From Tubiluchus corallicola (lineage: Eukaryota > Animalia > Priapulida): a DNA stretch of 64,000 nucleotides. The stretch covers positions 930,001 through 994,000 of the forward strand of contig JAQGDQ010000010.1 of the NCBI GenBank assembly GCA_030141605.1, in the 5' to 3' direction. Position 1 is the stretch's first letter. Every line of letters begins with the position of its first letter. A model generated the notes under the pieces. The model saw only the letters and a program-made list of their open reading frames with translations, was not told the DNA's origin and ran no database searches. This document shows positions 56,572-64,000 of this stretch, piece by piece. A program made the translations under genes and the position numbers.

Positions 56572-57224
56572 GCTGATGCTTATCAAATGACCTTAATCTT
56601 CGTGGATTAAACCATTAAATGTTTTCACAGACAACGAGCTTGTATATTAATGGCTGTAACAGCGCGACATCAATTTACATCATGTTCACCATTTTGACAA
56701 ACAACGCTAACGTGTTTTTGATAATCAATAACTACACCACAAAAAATAATAGAGTAGCCTTGGTACAGCAGCGAAAAACAGACTTGAAAATTTAAAATCA
56801 CCCTGCTACCTCATATGACCTATATAAGTATAAGTCATAACAACTAGCCACTGCTTTGCTTTAGTTAAATAGGCAAAATGCGAAAATCAAGTCATGGAAA
56901 ACCATACACAAATGGCTTTCGAATAATAATAATAACACGATAAATTAAGTAAAAACTATACTAGTAAACAACGGCCAGGGCAAAAGCCAAAATGAAAAAC
57001 ATCTATAAAAGAGGCAACACCGACAGCGACTGAAATCTTCTTATTTCATAGCTAGCGGATTCCTGCCACAATGCCAAAGAACAGAAACCACAGAAAGTAG
57101 GGAAACACTACTGCGCAGTAGTTCGCGCAGTTAGTATCGCCCTAGCGGCAATTCAGTACGGACTGTTGTTGTCAGGTACGCTACAGCGCAGCTGTTTGCG
57201 CACCGGTATCTAGCAGACGAATTT

Positions 57225-57912
57225 ATGAGATGCCTTCCTTCACCAAAGCCAGGCCGGTCGGCTCATTACTGCGCCGCAGTGAATTGTAAAAATACAGATA
57301 TAAACGCTAGAATATCTTTTTTTAAATTTCCCAAGGATGCCGCCAGGTAATTATATTAAAATGTTAATTACAACACAGTTTTGTAACTTTTGTTACAAAT
57401 TAAAATATTATTAATTTTTTGTACACTAAGCAAAGACTGCAAGGCCTTCATCTGTCTTTACCAATTTATAGCAGCTGTGATATTTTTCAATATTATTTAG
57501 AATTATTAGTTAAAATAAAAATTATTATATTCATATCTCATGAAAATTGATAGGCTTATTTAGTATTTATAAAAGAAGTTAAGAAAGCTGATTATAGAGA
57601 AAGTTTGCAAATACCTGCTTCATGTAGTATTCTATTTCTGGAGAAATATTTTTTCTAAAAAACATTTAAAATTTCCTATTTAAAATGTTCTTATTCTGCA
57701 CAACACTTATACCTAAAGGCTACGCAACTGCTTATGGTGTAGTACCTTTTATGAAGTAAATGTACTTGTTTATTATGTCACAGTTATATAAAGCTGGAAC
57801 ATCTAACCTCTTACAGACGAGAAAATGAGAATTATTTAATCTGGCATCCAGGGCTGCCTAGTTAGCCCATTGATAAAACGCACCTGCGTGTGTGCATGTG
57901 TGCGTATGTGTG

Positions 57913-57981
<69 letters not shown>

Positions 57982-58192
57982 GTGCATGTGTGTATGTGTG
58001 TGTGTGTTCACATACAAACCTATGTAATATATGTGTTATTATATAGAATAATTGCAGGGCTCGTAAATGGGTGCAGAATGTCAGGCGATTAGACCTTATG
58101 AACAAAAGCAGCCATTATTTTCTCAGAAACTGCTACTTGTGCAGCGAGCACTTTGAAGATTCAGAATTCATGAATGTAACTTTAGAAAACAC
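57225..58192 (+). CDS. THAP (C2CH) zinc-finger domain in two spliced exons (57225-57346, 58058-58192), THAP12-like
   Basis: [23 protein letters not shown]...[10 protein letters not shown] | [13 protein letters not shown]...[11 protein letters not shown]; C-x4-C, FP, W, C-x2-H-F all present; AG|GTAA donor and TTGCAG acceptor in phase 2. Confidence 0.8.
57887..58006. repeat. (GT)n microsatellite in the THAP intron
   Basis: Direct observation. Confidence 0.95.
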
Positions 58193-58270
58193 GTTAGTAT
58201 TGCCGTTATATTTTTACATGTAATACAATATTATATATATTATATTTAAATATATTATATTAGTGTACAG

Positions 58271-58692
58271 CTTCAGGAGTTGGATTATTACAAGTACCAA
58301 ACAAACATTAAAATTTTTCGATACGTTCGTAGTTACTTCTGTATGATATTTTTGCCATCTGAGACCAGGCACAGAACGAGGCTCAAGACTGATCGGAAAG
58401 AAGGGAAACATCCACATCTATGAGTCAGGGTTCACGGTGAAATGTCATCTGTGATCAAGGCCCCAACTTTGTATCAACAATGAAAGGCCTTGGGTATCGC
58501 CAGACAGGCCATACTTTTTCATGTCTGATCAGGCTTAGGTCTACGTATTGTATGATCCACCTCACGTTTTGAAATGCCTTCGTAATGCTTTGAAAAAGTA
58601 CAAAGTTACATTTCGAGCTGTGAATAAGCCTATGGAGGCACAATGGTGTTTTATTAGCGACTTTTTTGATGCAGATCAACAACAAACATCTC
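58271..58692 (+). pseudogene. P-element-type transposase fragments (deleted, frameshifted, in-frame stop)
   Basis: VICDQGPNF..MKGLG, SPDRPYFF, stop TAG, VYVLYDPPHVLKCLRNALKKY...AQWCFISDFFDAD; DPPHxLKxxRN is a P-transposase/THAP9 signature; ends at a (CT)n tract. Confidence 0.8.
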
Positions 58693-58694
58693 TT

Positions 58695-58696
<2 letters not shown>

Positions 58697-58756
<60 letters not shown>

Positions 58757-58810
58757 CCTTTCACTGTCTCTCTTTCTCTCCCTCTGTCTCTCCATCCTTC
58801 TCTTTCTCTC
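58697..58810. repeat. (CT)n microsatellite and pyrimidine tract
   Basis: Direct observation. Confidence 0.95.
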
Positions 58811-59539
58811 TAAGAGAGGGAGGGAGAGAAAAATCAATAAGTCAATGAAAAATGCATTACTTTTTTACATAGTAGGCAGCCCATTAGCTAGCCTCTTTCC
58901 TGGGGAAGAACAATAAAATTTTACTTATAAGAAGAAGTATTTGCAAGTACATAATACAAACTTACTGCTGCAGTTTTTTCCTTTTGATGAAATGTTTTCA
59001 GTTTTTTTAAACTAATAATTGCTTTTAATTGAGATATACTTCTTTTATTAAAAACGCAAAAGTAATTTTGGCTTATCGAAATTGCGCGTATGCCGTATTG
59101 GTGAACTTAAGAATATTATTATTACAGTCAATGCGCCGCTCAAAATTTTTTACTGATTCGCCGTTTGATGCCGCCAGCATAGCCGCTAATCACAAAAACG
59201 AAATACAGTACGTAACAATAATTTTTTCCGTCACTTCTTCTTTGTACACTTTGACAATGCTGACTAATCAATTGCAGAATGCAGACCGCAATCCAAAACG
59301 CACCGCTAAAAATTTGCAAAATTTTATTCACCACGAAATGCACGTCCTTAACGAAATCTCTTCTCTAAAGTGAACTTTAACTAACGGTAGAAAATTCTCG
59401 TATTTGGCTGACCTGTACCTATTTGTGTGAATATCATTTTGAGAGTTAACTTGCCACTTGCAATAAATAGACTGCTGTATGAATCCCTTATATCAGAGCA
59501 TAATTATTATGCCCCAATATCTAGCTTGCCTACTGGCAC

Positions 59540-59968
59540 TAGGGGTGAGCATTCTCTACCAGAAAGCGAATTCGAATCGAACCGAACTTGTGACTTTTGA
59601 ATTCGAATCGAACCGAACTTCAGTGTCTCGAATTCGAATTGAGATTGAACGATTTTCGAACAAGTTTTCGAACCACCAGTAAAAATTACTCTTACAAAGA
59701 TCATGCATATTACTTGATTTTGTTCTGCAATAAAACGACTAGTAATTTGTTTAAAGTTGTGCACAGAAATCACAGCGAAATTATGCTAATTGCATGATGT
59801 TTCAATCGTTTTAATGATCAGAAACATATGTGACTGAAGTGCTGAATTATTCGAATCTATAGTTTTAGATTCGAATCGAGTTCGAACTAAAAAAATTCGT
59901 TTGAATCGAATTCGAGCGTTCGAATTCGTTTCGAATGTTCGAACTCGAAAGTTCGATGCTCACCCCTA
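59540..59968. mobile_element. hAT-type MITE
   Basis: Perfect 13-bp TIR TAGGGGTGAGCAT / ATGCTCACCCCTA; perfect 8-bp TSD ACTGGCAC (59532-59539, 59969-59976); TTCGAA subterminal repeats. Confidence 0.93.
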
Positions 59969-62124
59969 ACTGGCACTGGTAAAAGAGGTTTATAAATTAT
60001 TGTAAATAATTATAGGTTTCTGTAATCATTTGAAATTGTTCATAACTATGGCACATACAACATCTCGACAGTGGGTTTCACAATGTTATTTTGATTGTCT
60101 GCTCTTCTCAATGTTTATGTCACTGTGTCAGTTTTAGTTTTTGATAGCACACTGACTGGAATCTATTTTACACTTGAAACAGAGCAGAACCTTGATAAAC
60201 ATTGACTTTTCAATTGTTAGTTGTTCTAAGTCCTCTAGCCGTTAAGGATAATTTTTTGGTCTGGTAATAATAGTTTAACTATAGCTTCCTACCCCCCCCC
60301 CCACACACACACACACACACACAGTTCTGTGCTGATAATCAAGACTACTGTAGCTGTGCCGATGAATGCTAAATAAAGGTACGCAAAGTGCCAAACTGTA
60401 TGCGAATTAAATTAAAACATGCTCTCCACACTGTAATACACATCAGTATGGTCATAAAATGTGCAGATGGAAGGCAAGGCACCATGACAAACACAGTGCA
60501 AATACACTTTAATAAGACAAATTTAGTAAAATGCTGTAGCAAAGTCTTTCTTGGCTTGGTTGAAGGTAACTTGTTAAAGATGGAGAGCCAAAATTACCTC
60601 AAAGCTATATTTTGCGTTTTTATTACATGGTTGAAATTTTCCTTTCATTTCTTTTCTTTACAGTAATACTCCCACACCCGCTTGAAACTTGTAGTCAACC
60701 ATACTGGCATTAATTATTTCGTTACAGATAATTAACTAAAGAGCTCATGGGGGGGGGGGAATCCACAAACATGCTGATGATATAAGCCGCGCTAACGTGC
60801 ATATTGGCACTGTCACACTATCGACATTACTAATTAACTAATGTGAGACTCTGTGTATTATTGAATTTATGACCACTCAGCTTTTCCTTGTACCTATTCT
60901 TACGCATGAACTGCATTTATAGATTACATTACAAAAAACCGTTTTTTGTTGTGTTTATGCAGCTAACCTAATGAGTGTATCTTATTACAATAATTCGAAA
61001 TAAATCGCACAATTATATAAACTATCCTAAAACATTCCAAATACAAACTTGCAGAGCAACACTACACAGCACTTGCTAGCTTTGTTTTAGCAACCATTGC
61101 CGACAACCACAATATAGTTATTACTTTTCGAAAATAACTTTTGAAAGTAATAAACAAACAACTTCTTTAAGACACTCTTTAAATAGAACACTGAGTTCTG
61201 GTTTTATACCTAGAAAGTACGCCCACATTATTATTACACTGATAAAACAAATTCGCTAATAGCTATCATCATTAATTTAGGTTACAACAAAAAAATATTG
61301 AGTTACAGTTAATTACATAAACTTTATGGTGACACTATTAAATACCTAGTTACTCAGTTAGAAAAAAGAATAGAAAAGAAGAAAAAGGGCAAAGAAAACT
61401 GGCCAATGCATTTAAATTGCAATTTGGATAAATGGACAGCGTCTATACACTGATGGCCACGATATACAAAGAAGAACATCTACTTGGTGATTATTGTCTG
61501 GAACTTGGTAGCTGGTACCTTTGTGTGTTATCTATAACCCACTTGACAAATTGCAATGTCGTATTCTTGTATAATCTGGTCGAGTCTGATATGTACGACC
61601 GTGCAATCTCTTGCTCACCGAAGGTTAGTTATCATGCATGTACAATTCTGTTTTGTCACTACTTGTAGTCAAGATGCTCTCAGCACTGCTCACAGTTTAA
61701 TTTAATTATTGGTTCCTAAGCAGTGACAACTTGTTCGTAGTATTGGCCTAATTGCCTGCTACTTTAAAGTTTTAATTTATCCTTGACATTCCGTAGAGTA
61801 AAGGCTTGTAAATCCGCTGCTTATTTGTCTTAGGACTTCTTATATTTTGCGGAAATTTGTACCAAAAGTGTTTTCCCAATAGAAATAATCTTATTCAAGA
61901 AGAACACCAAACAGATGTATATAGCTTCTATCAAATAACATATGCTCATTCTGTAAGAATTATGTTTATGGACCTGTTTTAGCCACGTTTGGGACAGGTT
62001 GTGTAAAAAAAATTTCGTTTTTTACTCAGCTACCTTTCCTCGTCGTATCTGTGTTCAAGCACTCCGCTACGCTTAGTTTAGTAGGAGAAAAATACGATAA
62101 TGATATTATTTCAGAAAGTTTTAC

Positions 62125-62296
62125 CTCTAAGCATGCTTTTAACACTACGAAGTCCTGCATAGAAATTCGACTTGGAGAGTATGCTGTCGTCCCTGGTTTT
62201 TTCTAGCTCGAAGTTTTTTCGAACACCAGTGTGAGATTCAGCCATTATCCGACCGGCTGTTGTAAATCCAGCGATGAAGCCACCAGTTGTAACTAT
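62125..62296 (-). CDS. Candidate upstream alternative exon of PFKFB (ATG at 62245)
   Basis: TTTTTAG acceptor, open frame, MAESHTGVRKNFELEKTRDDSILSKSNFYAGLRSVKSMLR, donor AG|GTAAAA in phase 1, matching the PFKFB exon at 53330. Confidence 0.45.
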
Positions 62297-63004
62297 CTAA
62301 AAATTGTCAAGACCATTTGGTTAATTGCCAAATCACACAGTTTGTCACTCTGAACCATAACGCTGGGCATTACAAAAAGCGGTGGCCCAGAAGCACAATA
62401 TCCAACGAGCAAACTTCAAAGTATACGTTTAAAACGCCATAATGTCTAGGGGCTGTATTTAATTCCACGCGTTAGTAGAAAGGCTAGAATATAGTAAAAT
62501 CGTCGGGCAAATAAATTTCAGGTCACGATAAAAAAATACTTAAAGAAATCGACCCCCAACTGATCGGCTATTATTCTTACGTATGTTTTGCAGGTTAGTT
62601 AACACGTATGTAAAAACATACTTGAAAATAACTCATAATAATTGCACAATGAAAGAGGCTCTAAGAAATTTATAAACAATTGGAAAATTGTGATTTTTTA
62701 ATTTCGAATTTTCTTCTCAGAATGTTTTCCAAACTGACGTACCGTAACTATATTGATTTAACATAAATGAAAGCTTTTACTAAGTTTTAGTCATTATAAT
62801 TAAATTAATTTTGCCTACTTTCACTAATGCATCCCAGTGGACGAGGGCGTCCAAAACTGGTGTGAGATTCTAAGATTTTGGTTAGATCTTGTGTGCGGAA
62901 GTTTTTACAGTCAGATTCTGATATTGACACAATCACACATGTTCTGTGGATTGTACATGAAATCGCGCAGGAATTGATAACAGTTCATTTTTAGGGTTAT
63001 CAGT

Positions 63005-63830
63005 GTGCTTTATAAACTAGAATGTAATATTTGCCTTGAGACATACGTGGGTCAAACCAAACGACCTCTTAGGGACAACGTTGTACACACATTAATAACT
63101 ACAAGAATCATACACCAGGTTCAACCTGGCGGGGGGCATTATAAAACCCATTCAAATGTTCCAGCCCTTCCACTTAGTGCAATCATCCTGTACAGAGCTA
63201 AAGATCATGTTGACAGGTTTTTTGCAGATTCAAAACTTATAAAAAAACTGAAACCAATTATTAATTTGGAGGAAGGATGGCAGCTTTTAAATTAATGTTG
63301 CTCATCATAAATTGTATTAAACGATTTTAATTCCTCTGTGTTCCTCTGCTGGTCCCAGGGTGCATTTAGTTTTTAACTCAAAAGAGTATCACTAAACTTT
63401 GCCTTTTAAACTTTACCCTTTCTACCCTTGTTATTTTAACTGATTTTTATTTGGTTTTTAGTTTCAAATATAATCTACTTAGTGTAGCCCACCACAAACA
63501 AATCAACTATCACCTTCCTCTTACAGTAACACTTCCCCGGCACCTATATTTGCTTAGTGCTTATAAACTGCTAGATTTTTAAAACATCACTCTGGGGTTA
63601 ACAGCACTCTCTACGTAGGTATGTCAATTTATTCCTGTTCTTTTTTCTTCCTTTAATTATTAACCTTAAATCAGTGACGTTTAGCTACTATTTTTGCTTT
63701 TAATATCCTTGTTTCACCATTCATTCTGTTTGGTTCTAGAATGTTTTTACATTTTATCTGCAATTTTTCACATGATGAAGCCTGCTATGGTGAAAACTTC
63801 ATTAATTATAACTATAATAATAATAAAACA
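63005..63830 (+). mobile_element. Penelope-like retroelement 3' fragment (GIY-YIG endonuclease plus 3' repeat)
   Basis: ORF 63005-63295: LYKLECNICLETYVGQTKRPLR...IKKLKPIINLEEG, typical of PLE GIY-YIG C-termini; decayed hammerhead-like ATGATGAAGCC..GGTGAAAAC at about 63772-63797. Confidence 0.75.
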
Positions 63831-64000
63831 ATAATTATTTGAGGCTACAAGGGCAGCCAATGCTTTCTTGTGTTAAAATGTCAAGTCCCAGGAGAGCTCT
63901 TTCATATTTTAAGTGTTAAAAATCAGGCAATTTCCGAAAGACGGGAGTGGCGCTCTCACATAAAATTACGACGAAAAGGTGTATAGGGCAAAAGGGCAAT

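Noticed and set aside
57836-58105. HT-repeat and VC-repeat ORFs
   Set aside because: Translations of the (GT)n microsatellite

Overview
AT-rich eukaryotic (invertebrate animal; probably lophotrochozoan, inferred only) genomic window with three intron-containing host genes and many transposon relics. (1) Minus strand 651-1484: a secreted Tyr/Pro/Gly-rich protein of 277 aa with (E/Q)P(S/K/T)Y repeats, a 5'-UTR exon and a TATA box near 3105. (2) Plus strand about 9960-37339: a 14-coding-exon gene of about 1769 aa by my exon assembly, with four U1/matrin-type C2H2 zinc fingers, an E/K/R-rich helical region, four tandem PTB-binding-like [SG]LLGxxP motifs and an unnamed xxS-x-[ED][KR]D repeat. (3) Minus strand about 39621-56571, possibly extending to 62296: PFKFB (6-phosphofructo-2-kinase/fructose-2,6-bisphosphatase), with a GC-AG intron and an internally duplicated bisphosphatase-domain exon that gives an alternative C-terminus. 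Head-to-head with PFKFB is a P-element relic with an apparently intact spliced THAP domain and a broken transposase. Other elements are five hAT-type non-autonomous elements with 8-bp TSDs (one nested pair), a decayed LINE, a tRNA-derived SINE, a Penelope-like GIY-YIG fragment, and a 650-bp fold-back carrying decayed hammerhead-ribozyme cores. All gene models were built by hand from splice signals and reading-frame phase; no database search was run.
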